Shown: piece by piece, positions 1 through 14,075 of the stretch
Layout: each line of letters begins with the position of its first letter
Numbering within the stretch: position 1 is the first letter of the stretch
Source of the DNA: Octopus sinensis
Taxonomy: Eukaryota
Length of the DNA: 64,000 nucleotides
Direction: 5' to 3'
Assembly: GCF_006345805.1 (NCBI RefSeq)
Contig: NC_042998.1
Span: forward strand, 149,420,001 to 149,484,000
Made by a program: the position numbers and the translations under genes
Notes under the pieces: model-generated
What the model was told of the DNA's origin: nothing
Seen by the model: only the letters and a program-made list of their open reading frames with translations
The model's database searches: none

Positions 1-379
1 TAAAAATACGTATATGTTTATACATTTCTCTTTTTCTTCCTCTCATTTTCTCTCTCTCTCCCTACATATGTTTCTGTCTATCTATTTATTTATCGTTCTA
101 TCTCAGTACACACACACACACACATTTATATATAAATAAAAATGTGTATGTGCGAGTATATATTTATATACATGTATATTTACCTATATATATATACACA
201 TATCCACGCATAGAAGTATATCCTGTGTATGTTTCTCCGACTGTGTATACTTGCACTTTCTGCATATATAATTTATGCGACACGATGGTGTGCTGTTATG
301 GTGCTGAAGAGAGATGAGATAACGTATCACATTGGAACATCTAAAACGATCGACACGATAAAATTAGCTCCGTCTACCA

Positions 380-2000
380 ATTTTGAAGCCAGCTTCCGTT
401 TTCCAACATTTTTTCTTTCCTTGTTTTTAAGATTTTCTTTTATATTTATCATTTTATTTTATTTCTATCTGTATTTTTTTTTAATTCTCAAGCTAAATTC
501 TTTATCGCTTTTTTTCTTCTTCAAATTAATTCTCTAACTACCGTCTGTATTTCCCGCCTAATTCTCACACCACTTCGCCATTTTGTCTCCTATTCCACGT
601 CTTCTCTTTTTTCTCTCTCTTTTCTTTGTTGTTTCCTTCATTTATTCTTATTCTTTCACTCTTTCTGCTCATCTCTTTCATCTCTCTCCTTCGTTGTTTC
701 TCATTTATTTCAATCGTTCTTTCTTTCTCATAGAATTTATTCGCTCAAGTACAGACTTCTTCCTCAATCATTCATTTTCATAAATCCCTTACTTTCCTTC
801 CTTACTTCCTTTTTATTTCTTTGTTTCTTACTTTCTTTTTTCTCCTTCCCCTTCTTCATTTTCCATCTTTGACTCCTTCCTATCACTCTTGTTCCTTCCT
901 TTTCGACTCTTTCATTATCGCAGTCTGTCTTGATTTCCTTCTTTTCAGTCTGACATGAATTCCTTCTTCTCTTGCTCTTATATTTTCTCTTTCATAATTT
1001 CATTCATTCTGTTTTTCTTCTTCCATTCTCTTTCTCTTTCTAAGTCTATGTCCTGTCTATTTCTCTTTTCATTCTTTCAACCCTTGATAGCTAATATAGC
1101 CACACATTCATTTCCCTTTTTCATTCCCCTTCATTCAGGATTTACTTTTTTCAGCTGTTTGTTTCTCTTTTCATTCAATTTCATTCATACATACGTTTAT
1201 TCTCTTTAAAATACTCTTTCTTTTTCCTCCTCTCTTTCATTTTTTCCATATTATTCTTTCTTTCTGTTCTTCACCTTCAGTCATTATTTTCGGCTTTGTT
1301 TCCTTTTATTATTTCTGAACTACCATTCTTTTTACTACCCTTCTCTTTCCCTTATTCTTTCCTAATCTCTTTCCTTATTCCGTATATTCTTTCTTTTTCA
1401 ATCTAATTTATTTTCTCAGCTTGATTTCCTTCCCCGGTTATCCTTCACCCATTCACTACATTTTTTTATTCATTCGCATTTGTTTCATTCTCATCCGTTT
1501 CATTCGCATTCATTACAAATGTCTTTCAATATTTCATTCATTCTATTTTTACATTTTTCTTCAAACAATACATTCATACAAACACGCACAAACACACATT
1601 CATAAGTGTCTGTATGTGTATGCACGCAAGCGTGTGTGTGTGTGGGGGGGGGGGGGTGCGTGCGTGTGTAAGTTTCTTTTTGTCATTATTCCTTCTTCAC
1701 ACTGTGTTCGCTAAATTTTACGTGACTCATTCTTTCCTTCTTATATTCTTCCGACATTTTCTGTATTTTCTTCTCTTTAAAATTTCTTTCCAGATATCTT
1801 CATTCAATGATTTTTCTATCATTCATTTGTTCCTTCTTTTATTCTTTACTCATAAATTTCTGTCTTGTATTATATTTCTGTATAAATTCCTTCATTTACC
1901 TACATATCTGCGTTACTTCCTTCTTCATTCCTTTCTGTCAGCGTTCATTCATTCATTCTTTTGCCCTTCTTTTCTTTTTATACAATATATTTTTAACTGC
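380..2000. repeat. Pyrimidine-rich (CT/TTC) low-complexity tract
   Basis: Plus strand almost devoid of G with runs of ttc/ctt/ttct; overlapping ORFs are F/L/S-rich artefacts. Confidence 0.85.
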
Positions 2001-2116
2001 GTTTTCCTTCGATACACACGCACACACACACAAACACAGATACACAAATACACACACGCATACACAAACACACACACACACAGATACACAAACACACACA
2101 CGCACACACACACAGA

Positions 2117-2167
<51 letters not shown>

Positions 2168-2232
2168 GTATGTATGAGTAAATGTAAATATATATATATT
2201 TATTTTCGCATATACATATTTACGTATGTATG

Positions 2233-2286
<54 letters not shown>

Positions 2287-2807
2287 TAGATAATATATAT
2301 ATAACGTGAAAATGAATAATAAACAATAAACAAAAAACAATAACATAACCTTTTTTAATATTTTAGTGTTATTTTTATTGGTTATATTGTTTTCATATAT
2401 TTTTTGTTTGTGTTGCTTTATCTCCATTTTTTTCTTCCCTTTTCGCAACTCGATAGTTTGGAAGCCATTTTTGAGCGAAGTGACGCAGTACGTGATATAT
2501 ATATGTGGAGGTGTGTAGAGCAGTATGTCTGCCTAACATTCTTCAGCGTATGTTTGTGCGTGTGTGTGTGTGTTTGTGTGCGTATATATATATAATGTAT
2601 ATGTTCAAATATATACATATATGCATATTTATGTATGTATGCGTGTGTGTTTGTATATGTATGTGTGTGTATAGATACATATGTACATGGTACATATATA
2701 TATTTGAATCTATCTATCTATTTATGTATGTATCTACCTATCGCTCTCTTTCTCTCTCTGTATATATATATATATATTTATGTACACACACATATATATA
2801 TTTATGT

Positions 2808-2853
<46 letters not shown>

Positions 2854-3189
2854 GTATGTATATATGTTTATATATGTATATATATGTATGTATATATTAT
2901 ATGCAAACATATTTATACACATATACAGTTTATATGTATTTAGACACGCACACATATCTTCGTATACCATACATATATGTTGGCACATATACATGTGTGT
3001 GTATGGGGTGTGTGGTGGTGGTGTTGGCATACGTATTTCAGTATCTGCTTACATATATATGTGTGTTAATGTGCGTACATGAATGTGTGCATGTGTATAT
3101 ACGTACGTGTCAGCATATGCTGTTTGAGGTATATGTGTCTCGTAATGTGCTCAGAAACGTGTGTAGACACATTCACGAACATACATATG

Positions 3190-3242
<53 letters not shown>

Positions 3243-3365
3243 ATATATATTCATAGAGAGAGAGAGGGAGAAACCGACAGAAAGAGAGTGAGAGAGAAAG
3301 AATATACGTGTTATTTTTTCAAAGGGTGTAATTTACGTGTAAGTAATCACGTAATTTTTCGAGTT

Positions 3366-3403
<38 letters not shown>

Positions 3404-3635
3404 CATAAATATATATATATATATATATATACATAAATATATATATATACATAAATATATATATATATATATACATAATATATATATATACATAAATATA
3501 TATATATATATACATAAATATATATATATATACATAAATATAATATAAATACATAATATATATATATATACATGAATATATATATATATGCATAAATATA
3601 TAAATTATATATACTTAAATATATATATATACATA

Positions 3636-3670
<35 letters not shown>

Positions 3671-4019
3671 ATATATATATATATATACCCAATAATATAT
3701 ATATAGATATACATAATATATATATATATACATAATATATAATATATACATAAATATATATATTATAGATATACCTAAATATATATATATATATATACAT
3801 AAATATATATTATTAATACATAAATATATATTATATATGTACAGAACTATGTATATATATATATACATAAATATATATATATATATATATATCATAAATA
3901 TATATATATATATATATACATAAATATATATATATACATAAATATATATATACATATATATATATACATACTATATATATACATAAATATAATATATACA
4001 TAAATATATATATACATAA

Positions 4020-4050
<31 letters not shown>

Positions 4051-4660
4051 ATATACATAAATATATATATATATATATACATAAATAATATATATATATA
4101 ATTAATATACCTAAATATATATATATATAATTATATACATAAATATATATATATGTATATATATATAAACTATTATATATGTATATATATACATAAATAT
4201 ATATGTATATATACATAAATATATATATATATATATATATACATAGATATATCTATATATATATATATATACATAGATATATATATATATATATTATATA
4301 TACATAGATATAAGATATATGTATATATATATACATAAATATATATACGTATATATGTATATGTATATATATATATAATAATATATATACATATATATGT
4401 ATATATATATATATGTGATATATATATATTATGTATATATATATACATAAATATATATACGTATATATGTATATATATATGTATAAGTATATATATATAC
4501 ATGAAATTTGCACGTATAAAAGTGTATGCGTATAATATAATGTATGGATTATGAGCACGTCAGGTGGTGGGGTTTTTTCAGTCATATGTTTTAAGCTACA
4601 CGCATACACACTCATATATATATATATATATAATATTATATATATTATATATATATATAT
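2000..4660. repeat. Compound microsatellite field (CA, TA, TG) including a ~1.3 kb degenerate (TA)n-CATAA array from ~3360
   Basis: Direct reading; recurring unit (at)n-acataa. Confidence 0.95.
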
Positions 4661-5094
4661 GAGTATTTACATGTATATACGCTGCGTGTGTGTGCTATGT
4701 GTCGTGTACTCTCGTTTATAACGAATCCGCTTTGCAAGACTCTTGGCTGCAATCATGCTTCTAAAACATACAAGCCTAACAATAGCACGGATGCGTATGT
4801 CTATTCGAACAACATATATATGTGTATATGTGTACGCGTGTGTTTATGAGTGTATGTGTGTACATGTATCTGTATGTATGGACTTTCTCCTCTCTTTCAC
4901 TTACCTTCATCTCTCGTTATCTGTTTCTCTCTCTCTCTCTCTCCCACTCTGTTCACCTGTCATTATTTCTCGCTGTCTCTCACATTCTTCTCTGTACGGT
5001 TTCTCAGCCATTCCCCACATATTCTGTTTCCATCTCAAAGTCTCTCATTCTCTCTCTGTCTTTCACGAACAGCCTATGTATCAGTGTATGTATC

Positions 5095-5119
5095 TATCCA
5101 TCCGTCAATTTTTCTATCC

Positions 5120-5207
<88 letters not shown>

Positions 5208-5410
5208 CTCTATCTATCTGTTTTTCTGTCTGTTTTTTCTATCTGTCTGTCTGTCTATCGGTCTGTCTGTTTTTCTGTCTACCTATATATCTATTTATCT
5301 ACGTATCTGTCTACCTACCTACCTACCTACTTGCCTACCAGTCTGTTTGTCTGTCTGTATGTATGTCTATCTATCTGTCAACCAACGTATTTATCTATCT
5401 ATAGAGTTGT
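5095..5410. repeat. (TATC)n grading into (TGTC)/(TACC) tetranucleotide repeat
   Basis: Direct reading. Confidence 0.95.
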
Positions 5411-5689
5411 CTATTTATCTGTCTCTTTCTCTATATATTTATATCTACTAACCTCTCCACCCATTAATCTTACTTTTCTTTTTTCTGTCTGTAACTTTGG
5501 TTACTCATCTTCTTAGCCTTCTATTTGTTTACCAAAACCATTGCAACTTTTATTTCGTTTCTATCTAGCTATACCAATAGACGAATTGATAAATAGATAG
5601 ACACATACACAGAAACCGTGCTAGAATGATATACTCAGGCAATGATATAAATATATGCCAGTCTAAATCTCGCTCCCTATGTTTCTCAC

Positions 5690-6060
5690 CATATAAAAAG
5701 CCATATAAAGACCATCTTGTAACCGATTCCTGTAGCAAAAAGAATAAAATAATTGTTATATGGTATAATCCTCCATACAAGATTTGTATAAGAAATATAA
5801 TAAGAATAATAATAATGAGAAACGGTTTCTTTTCCTGATCAGAGAAAATTTCTCAAGTGACTATTCTACAAAAAACATATATATGAAGAGTTATAACTGC
5901 ACAAGAATCATATTTAATTCTACCAATAATTACAATGAAACACAGATCATTATGTCCAGAAGAATTTTCTAGGGAAAAGGTATTTTGCATGTAGGAAATA
6001 GAAATGGGAAGAGGCGACTAACAATACATTTTGAAAGTTACCCAAGATATAACAGAAAAA
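5690..6060 (+). mobile_element. Decayed Penelope-like element fragment (RT-endonuclease linker region)
   Basis: Frameshifted translation KKNKIIVIWYNPPY...KRFLFLIRENF...KSYNC matches the PLE motif series IIWxNPPY / FLxLIxxHF / KxSYSC. Confidence 0.6.
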
Positions 6061-6064
6061 GATA

Positions 6065-6310
6065 AGGTTAACCTTCCCGAATCACACCGATTCATAAAGG
6101 CCGGTTTCCCGGCTCCATGCCGCATATATTCCCCACCTGGATGGGACGCCAGTCCGTCGTAGAATTACTCATTTTTGCCAGCTGAGTAGACGGGAGCAAC
6201 ATGAAATGAAATATTTTGCTCGAGGACACAATACGTTGTCCGGTCCAAGAATCGAAACCACAATCTTACCATCATGAGTCCAACACCCTAACTCCTAAGC
6301 CACGTGCATC
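6065..6310 (-). mobile_element. tRNA-derived SINE, family B
   Basis: Reverse complement has a tRNA-like head (gtggcttaggagttagggtgttggactc...ggtttcgattc) and the core actcagctggcaaaaatgagt shared with 17048, 40803 and 54615. Confidence 0.8.
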
Positions 6311-6853
6311 CATTAACCTAAGATATGAATACATAAGAACGGAGCCCAAGACTGTAGCTTTTGCTTCAGAGAGAAACTACATATTCATTCTCGCAGAACC
6401 AACAATCAGAAACAATGACCTAATTTAGACATACATAAATTTGTTAGCATTCTAATGAAGGCTTACTTATGAATCACAAGCAACAAAATGTGGTCTGCAC
6501 TTAAGCAGTCGAAAAATCTGGATATAGGAAGAGCAGTTGTGAGTGTTATGAACGTGTGTTTGGTCTTGCAACCAAAGAGAAAAGAAGTAGAAAAACAGAA
6601 TGCAAACATTTATGACAATGCTGAGATCATTCCTTGCTACAGTTCCGTCTATTTATGTATATTACGCTAAATTTGAGTAGTAGCAGAAAGACAAACATAA
6701 GAATTTGTCACAAGAAAAGAAAAAATAATTACGATTTTGTTGCATGCTACCGGTTTCAATTTTTCAGAAGGTATAATCTTGTAAAAAAAAAGGAAATAAA
6801 TTGAATTAAATTAACGTTCATGACATTTTCAAGTGCATGCTTTTACAATATCT

Positions 6854-6953
6854 NNNNNNNNNNNNNNNNNNNNNNNNNNNNNNNNNNNNNNNNNNNNNNN
6901 NNNNNNNNNNNNNNNNNNNNNNNNNNNNNNNNNNNNNNNNNNNNNNNNNNNNN
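6854..6953. other. Assembly gap (100 N)
   Basis: Exactly 100 N, probably a placeholder of unknown size. Confidence 1.
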
Positions 6954-7185
6954 TGTCCCCCCAGAAGTAGAGGTAGGCTGGATTGTAGCCACACTTTTAT
7001 ACAAGAGGGAGGACAAGATACAATTGATCGAAATTGCAAGAGACGGGCCTACAATTCCAGTTTGTTATATATTTTGAGTATTGTTATCGCTAGCGATATC
7101 AAGATATAACTTTGTATTTTGTATTTTATGTGTAGATGTATATATATATAGATGTACATGTAATATGTTCACATATATATATACA

Positions 7186-7224
7186 CTAGCACTATGAGCC
7201 GGTAACGCCGGGTCATAATGCTAG
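7186..7224. mobile_element. 39-bp palindrome resembling two head-to-head Helitron 3' termini
   Basis: ctagcactatgagccgg-taacg-ccgggtcataatgctag: both strands read hairpin + spacer + CTAG, like the termini at 13697 and 53050. Confidence 0.5.
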
Positions 7225-7282
7225 CATATATATATATATGTGTGTGTGTGTGTCTGTGTGTGTGTGGGTGTGTGTGTGTGTG

Positions 7283-7600
7283 AATGGAACGATTTAAGGA
7301 TTCTGTAAAGTCTTCAATGAAAGCATGTGAAATATGGGATGTCAATTGGAAAAGCAATGCTTGTCGTCGCCGCCAATGGAGGAAAGGAGGAAAAGAAGGA
7401 GTGAATATTTTCGAAAAGCATAAGGAATGTAAGTAAGCTGCTGGAAAATGCATGACCAGTGAATGAGGAGAACTGGGTCTGCAATATCTGCGGACATATA
7501 TGTTTGTCAAGGGCTTGGACCATTAGTCACCAGTTGAGCCAAGAATGTAAAGTATAGATTCGTCTGAGTGCACAATGTTCTTAATGGCCTACCACGGTAT
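7283..7600 (+). mobile_element. RTE-clade LINE 3' end, decayed
   Basis: Translation RFKDSVKSSMKACEIWDVNWKSNACRRRQWRKGGKEGVNIFE...ICGHICLSR...ISHQ matches the RTE ORF C-terminus pattern; followed by (TATG)n. Confidence 0.65.
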
Positions 7601-8483
7601 CGAATGGACAGTCATTATGTATGTATGTATGTACGTACGTATGTATGTATGTATGTATGTATGTATGTATGTATGTATGTATGTATTATGTATGTATGTA
7701 TGTATTGCTTATGGAGAAGTACAAGTTTCTAGTAAAATTTACGTTGAAAGTGAGGCCATTGAAATGAACATATGCTCTGATAATTCGTACATCAGGCTCA
7801 GGAAGGAGAAAGATGTATGGTGACCTAAAGGAATGATAATGAGTAACTTTTCTTGCTTAAGGTGATCAATTAATTTCTTCGTACTTTAGTCTGCGATCAG
7901 CTTTGATCAAGCTGATTCATGATAAAAAGCATTCGAACTGTGACCATTACGTTTTATTGTATACCAGGGACAATTCTTCCTATTGAAGAATATGAAGCGC
8001 AACTTTTACAGAAGATTTGACTACTATTTCTGTCAATCAAGTTATGCGTCGACATAGGGGTTCCCTTATTTTAAGGGTTCTATATCACAAAAAAAAAACA
8101 TGTTTTACTTGAAATTAGATTTAAAACCATCGAATAACACATGATAGGCGTTGACTATAGGAAGTAAGTTCACGAAAATCAGTGAGTGTCAGTTTTAGGT
8201 GTTGGGTGAGTAAATGAGGCCACGGGTGATTATAATATTAGAGGGTCCGTTATTTAGTCTGCTGGTTAGTTTCCAAGATATTTTTGTAATTACTAGGTTT
8301 CTGGAGAGAAAGAAAGTGAGTGAGTGAGAGAGATAGAGAGAGAGAGAGGGGGTAGTTATATTTTGGTTGCTAAGAGAAATTACCAGCATTTAATTGAAGT
8401 ATACTATAAGTATACTAATATAATGTGTGTTCGTGCGTGTGTATGCATGCGTATATATATGTGTGTGTGAATATATACTGTAT

Positions 8484-8514
<31 letters not shown>

Positions 8515-8861
8515 ATATATATAATATATATATATATATATACAAACACACCTTTGCTTAAATAATTACATGTACATAGACGCCCAAGGATATACAGACT
8601 CGCATACATACCGACACACACACCTATATGTGTGTATGAGTGTGTGTGTGTACGTACGTACATACGTATGTATGTATTATGAATATGTATGTATGTATGT
8701 ATGTATGTAACTGTTTAGACCTGCTTTGTCTAGACCACCGTGCGTCACACACCACAGGAATTCTAAATGATGTCTCACTGAGCAACGAAAGAGCCTCTAC
8801 TTGAATGATGGATGTGCTGAACATACCTCTCAAATCGCCCTCAAATCTGATCCCACCGATT

Positions 8862-9697
8862 GGTTAGTGCATTCCAGAAGTTTTGATATTTTTTTCAAGA
8901 GACATCAATTTAAAAGAAGTACAGAACTAATCCAAAGTAGGATCTTTTTGAGATCAATGCATTTATTGAAGGTCTCCAGACACTTCATCGCAGTTCTGCA
9001 AATGACAGCATCCTGCATCTTTAAAACGACTCCCCGTGACGTTTTTCAGCTTGGGTAACAACCAAAAGCTACAGGGAGCAAGGTTTGGGCTGTAGGAAGG
9101 GTGAAAGACAGTTTTGATGCCCTTTTCTTTCAAGTATTTTGTTACCATGATACTCGTCATTGGACACCCTGAGAACAAATTTGGCCCAAAGTTTGCGCAG
9201 GTTCGGATTTTCATGATTCAGTGCGATTATTGTGATTATTGTTTGTGTGATTATTGTCTTTATAGACACACGATTTTCTTCATTCAGAAAATTTCTAATT
9301 TTATCAACAAGCTCAGAAACTCTGACTTCCCTCTCCTACCCGCCCTCCTCATAATCTTTCACCTCCTTTCTAACGTCCTTGAACCTTTGGTGCTAGTCAA
9401 TTCATAAGCAGTCTGAAGTGTTTCATAAATATCTGCCGCATTTTTCCCCAGTTTAACACAAAACGTTATTGCATAGCAAGCTTCCAGATGTCCCAACGAA
9501 ACTCTATAAAGTAGTCAGTTGTGATAGCAGAGTTTAGTAGGATGAGTTCAAAGTTCTGTTAAAGCCGTCTCCTTTAATCTAGAATTGTTGGTGAGTTTAT
9601 TAGATGTATAGTAACGATATGCTAAAATCACTTTAATCTAGGACAATTATAACTGCTTCTCCTAAAATTTTCTAAAACGTTTGGAATGCACCTTGTA
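8862..9697 (-). mobile_element. Internally deleted mariner transposon
   Basis: Minus-strand HPSYSPNLAPCSFWLLPKLK (YSPDLAP motif); imperfect TIRs gtgcattccagaagtttt (~8867) and aaaacgtttggaatgcaccttg|ta (~9675-9697). Confidence 0.85.
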
Positions 9698-11435
9698 GTT
9701 CTGTCCAGACAGGATTGCATTTATTAATAATTTCCAGGCTAAGTAATAACAACCACAATAAGAATTATTCACATTGTTGTTGATGTGAAACAATTAGTAG
9801 ACTTGTTATACTAGTTTTCCACAAGATCTTTAGACGAGGTTGGATAATATACTGTTTTCATTTTACTAGTACTTTTAGGCTAGTTGAAGATGAATCTGTT
9901 GAGTATCTAATTTTTTTTAGAATTCAAATACCTGTGTGATGATACCTCTTTGCAGTACACCACAATCCTTTTATGTCTAATTTCTGAATAAATGCTTGAC
10001 GATCTTGGTTCGATTGTGTACTAGATAGGATATGTGTAAGCTGAGTATTGTGTTCTTTGGTCTTCTGGGGGAATTGTACGATACTGACGTAATTCTAGTA
10101 GTTCAGCAGTTCAGTTAACGTTGTATGCTACAACACATCGTCCTGTCATCACAAGAGAAAAGAAAGAAAGAATTTGAGACTACTTGTGTCTTGCAGGAGG
10201 TTCCACCCCAAATTTAACAAAGCTTCTTCTACGTGACTTAATTTTCTTGAAATTTAAAGAACCAGATTGCATTGTGTCTGTTTCATAAGGTTTTAAAGCT
10301 ATCAAATTTGTTATATGAGTACAACTTGTCAAACATAACTGGTTGCATGAAATGTTTAGGTAAGGGTCTCTAATCCTGTTTAGCATAGAAATATGTATTA
10401 CTTTCTAAACATCTCTAAAACATGGATGCAGCATTGAAAACTTTCATATTTATAATGTTAATGATAAAAGAAACATAATACATACACTTATGCACACAAA
10501 CATGTGTGTGTGTGTGTGTTTGTGTGTGTGTATGTGTGTGTGTGTGTGTATAAGAAAAGAAAGGGTGTATTTCTACGCAGGAAAAAATATAGAATGTGTT
10601 GTTGAATATGCACCTGAATTTGAAAAACTTATTGTTTTTAAGTAAATTTATTTACATACGTACCAAACCAGTTTTAACAATGTTTTGTATAACAATAGCA
10701 TAAACGTATGAGATTTTTTAAAAATTCAAAATTGCGAAGTAGAAAATGTCTAAATGGCTAAATGTTCACAAAATTCAATATCAAAAATAATCGGTGAAGA
10801 ATATAAAAAATGTGGATCAATATGTTTAAATGATTAAATGTTCATAAATTGAATAATATCAGAAATGATCAGCGAAGAATATGAACAATGTGTATCACCA
10901 TAGTTCAGTCATAATGAGTTTAAAAAAAAGAAAAGGAGAAAGTAAAGAAAAAGGGTTTTGTTACAATTTCTGTTATCCTGGGTTCTTTTTCCATTGCGTG
11001 CATAGTTTTTCGCTTGTAACGGAGTGTTTTGGAATCAGTGTATTTATGTACGTATTTATATACGCATTTATACGCATCTAATTTTTCATTCGTTAAAATT
11101 CTGATGACATCTTATTCTTTCTGGTAGTCAAGTTTGGCGTTCTCTGTATTTGACTTCTCTGTAGGGAATGGTCATCTACAGTTTCAGTAGATTGATTCTC
11201 TTAAAGAGTCAGTTTGTTTTCTTTGCTGAAGGTCCGATTCTGATCGGAGGTAAAATTTCATTGATCAAGAGATAGGTGACGTCAGCAGCTGGTGTTTGTA
11301 TGGTGTTATTATAAGGCGATTTGGAATTGCGGTTTCGAAACGCGAAAGGAAGACTGTTACTAAAGTTTTCGAATTAGGTCTGTTGTATCTGGGGATTGAG
11401 GTTTTTTCTTCTTTTTAATGATGTTTATTCTTTCT

Positions 11436-11750
11436 AAAGGATATTTAACTGTGGTTTATATTTTTTAATGAGCATGCACTCCTTATTCAATCAGAATTGG
11501 CTTGAAGTGTTTCCGGTGCATTGAAAGAGACTGAAGATTTAGTGTTTCGGGTTTATGTTTGCTGGGCTTTGGTCTAGGTGTTTGCTTACAGGAATTTTCC
11601 TGGTCATGGGGTCCCGGATTTGTTGCCTGTGTACCGTCAGTCTGTGCCTCAAGATCAAGCTAGTTTCACCTATGTAGTTTCCATCAAGCCCACCACATGT
11701 AAGGACATACATTAAGTTCTTCGATGCACAGGTGAAGTGATTTTTTTAAT
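11436..11750 (-). pseudogene. PLE GIY-YIG endonuclease remnant (missed by ORF track)
   Basis: Manual translation HFTCASKNLMYVLTCGG...YIGETSLILRHRLTVHRQQIRD...PVSKHL...KECMLIKKYKPQLN with two in-frame stops. Confidence 0.85.
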
Positions 11751-12394
11751 GGTAAAAGTTTGACCTGACTTAAATTTATATAAATAAATTTATTCAAAAA
11801 CAATTACATATTTTTCAAATTCAGGTACAATAGATTTTATATACGTATGTATGTATGTATGTATGTATGTATGTATGTATGTATGTATGTATGTATGCAT
11901 GTATGTATGCATGTATGTATGCATGCATGTATGTATGCATGTATGTATGCATGTATGTATTTATATATATATATTCTTTTATTTGTTCAGTCATATGACT
12001 GCAGTCATGCAGGAGCACCGCCTTGAAGGGCTTTAGTCAAATAAATCGAGCTCAGGACTTGTTTATTAAAGCCTAGTATTTTGACGAATCTAGATATAGC
12101 TCAGTCGGTGGATTTTTAACTAAGAACAATGATAAAAGAAATGCGAAATATAAGCACGTTTCTGCACATCCATTCGCCTCAGATAAATAAAAATTTTAAC
12201 ATTTATTGTGGAAAAATTTGAAGCAACTCGAGTACGTAGCCTTATTTTTGGTAATCTCCTGTACATTGACAATTTTATATTGGTTCCTTCTACAACACAG
12301 TACAAGAGAAACAATGCCTATCATCACAAGATTCCAATAATCTATATATATGTATATCTATATATATATAAATTCATATACATATATATATACA

Positions 12395-12439
<45 letters not shown>

Positions 12440-12708
12440 TATATACATATATAATTATAATACGTACGTACGTTCGTTTGTATGTATGCGTATATGTATG
12501 TTTATATAGTTAGTGATATGCGAAATATTTAATTAATTTATGACTTTGCCTATAATCTCCTAATCTAATTAGTTCATCCCTTCATTCACTCATTATTTTC
12601 TTTCTCTCTTTCGTTCTTTCTCTGTTTGTCTCACGCTATTTCTATATTTTTAATCATTCCTTATAAATGCACATATGCATGTACATCTATTCACCACACA
12701 CAACACAA

Positions 12709-12739
<31 letters not shown>

Positions 12740-12847
12740 CCACATACATATATATGTAATATATAATATATATATATATCTATATATATATATAATATAT
12801 ATAATACATACCACATACATATATATGTATATATATATGTGTGTGTG

Positions 12848-12881
<34 letters not shown>

Positions 12882-12916
12882 CATATATATACATATATAT
12901 GCATACATATATACAT

Positions 12917-13245
12917 CTTTTTTACTCTTTTACTTGTTTCAGTCATTTGACTGCGGCCATGCAGGAGCACCGCCTTTAGTCGAGCAAATCGACCCAGGAC
13001 TTATTCTTTGTAAGCCTAGTACTTATCCTGACGGTTCCTTTTGCTGAATCGCTAAGTTACGGGGACATAAACACACCAGCATCGGTTGTCAAGTGATGTT
13101 GGGGGGACAAACACAGAAACACAAACATATACACACATACATATATACATATATATGACGGGCTTCTTTCAGTTTCCGTCTACCAAATCCACTCACAATG
13201 CTTTGGTCGGCCCGAGACTATAGTAGAAGACCCTTGTCCAAGGTG
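12917..13245 (-). mobile_element. SINE family A (a 3' fragment also at ~11975-12080)
   Basis: Reverse complement shares gtgagtggatttggtagacggaaactgaaagaagcccgtc and ggcggtgctcc.gcatggccgcagtcaaatgactgaaac blocks with many copies in the window. Confidence 0.9.
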
Positions 13246-13665
13246 AAATACCTAACACAGGCAACTCTGAATAGATCTTATAAAGCTATAGCGTTATCTA
13301 ATGTACAATCAAAAACGTTGACTGTTTTGCGCCATTAGACCATCAGGTTTTGGATATTACCGCAATAATAGAATCAAGCAGTGTTTAGGCATAAACAAAG
13401 TTTAGGTTAGTTGAATTATGTTTTTTATATATTTCAATGTGCTAAAAGGCAAATTCACTGCAGTTACCGAAAAGAAAATTTTCTTATATGATAAATAGAG
13501 AATCCTGATTGGTGGCAACACTGAACAGATATGGTGCTTTTGCACCTTTTACCATAGGACAAACTTTACTCTACAGTAAAGGCAGCAAATTTGACTATTA
13601 GCAGTTGAAATGTGTCACGAACATATTTTTACTATCTTAAACTTTACTTATGCGTAATATATATA

Positions 13666-13696
<31 letters not shown>

Positions 13697-14075
13697 CTAG
13701 CCAGTATCGCCCGGCGTTGCTCAGGTTTGTAAGGGAAATAACTATAAAGCATTTTTAGAGAGTTATAGCCAAAAAATAGCAAAAAATGGAAAAAAAATGA
13801 TGGTAAATTTTTTTTGAGAGTAAAAAAAGGTGAGTTGCGTCCCTAGACAGTCTGTGGTTGTTTTTTTTTATTCTCGACCCCCAGTCGAATTTATCGATTT
13901 TTTTCAGAACTGGGGAACTTTTCAAAATTTTCACAGCGTTAGTTTTGAATATGACATTGGGCTATGTGTGAGTCAGGTTTCATCAGAATCGGTTGAAAGC
14001 CGTGGTCAGGGTGAGGGTACAAGCAAACAGACACACAGAAACACGCACAGACAAACTGCCGTTTATATAGAGAGA
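13697..14075 (-). mobile_element. Non-autonomous Helitron
   Basis: Minus strand 5' A|TCTCTCTATATAAACGGCAG ... hairpin (cctgagcaacgccggg) + cgatactggCTAG|T 3'; termini homologous to the 51607-53050 element. Confidence 0.8.

Noticed and set aside
229-5516. Numerous long ORFs (for example 2505-3548, 347 aa; 4743-5516, 257 aa)
   Set aside because: Translations of dinucleotide and tetranucleotide repeats lacking stops (YI, CV, HT, LSIY runs); the same applies to similar ORFs across the window.
11100-11200. CTGATGA next to the PLE endonuclease remnant
   Set aside because: No matching stem II/GAAA/stem III arrangement found on either strand.
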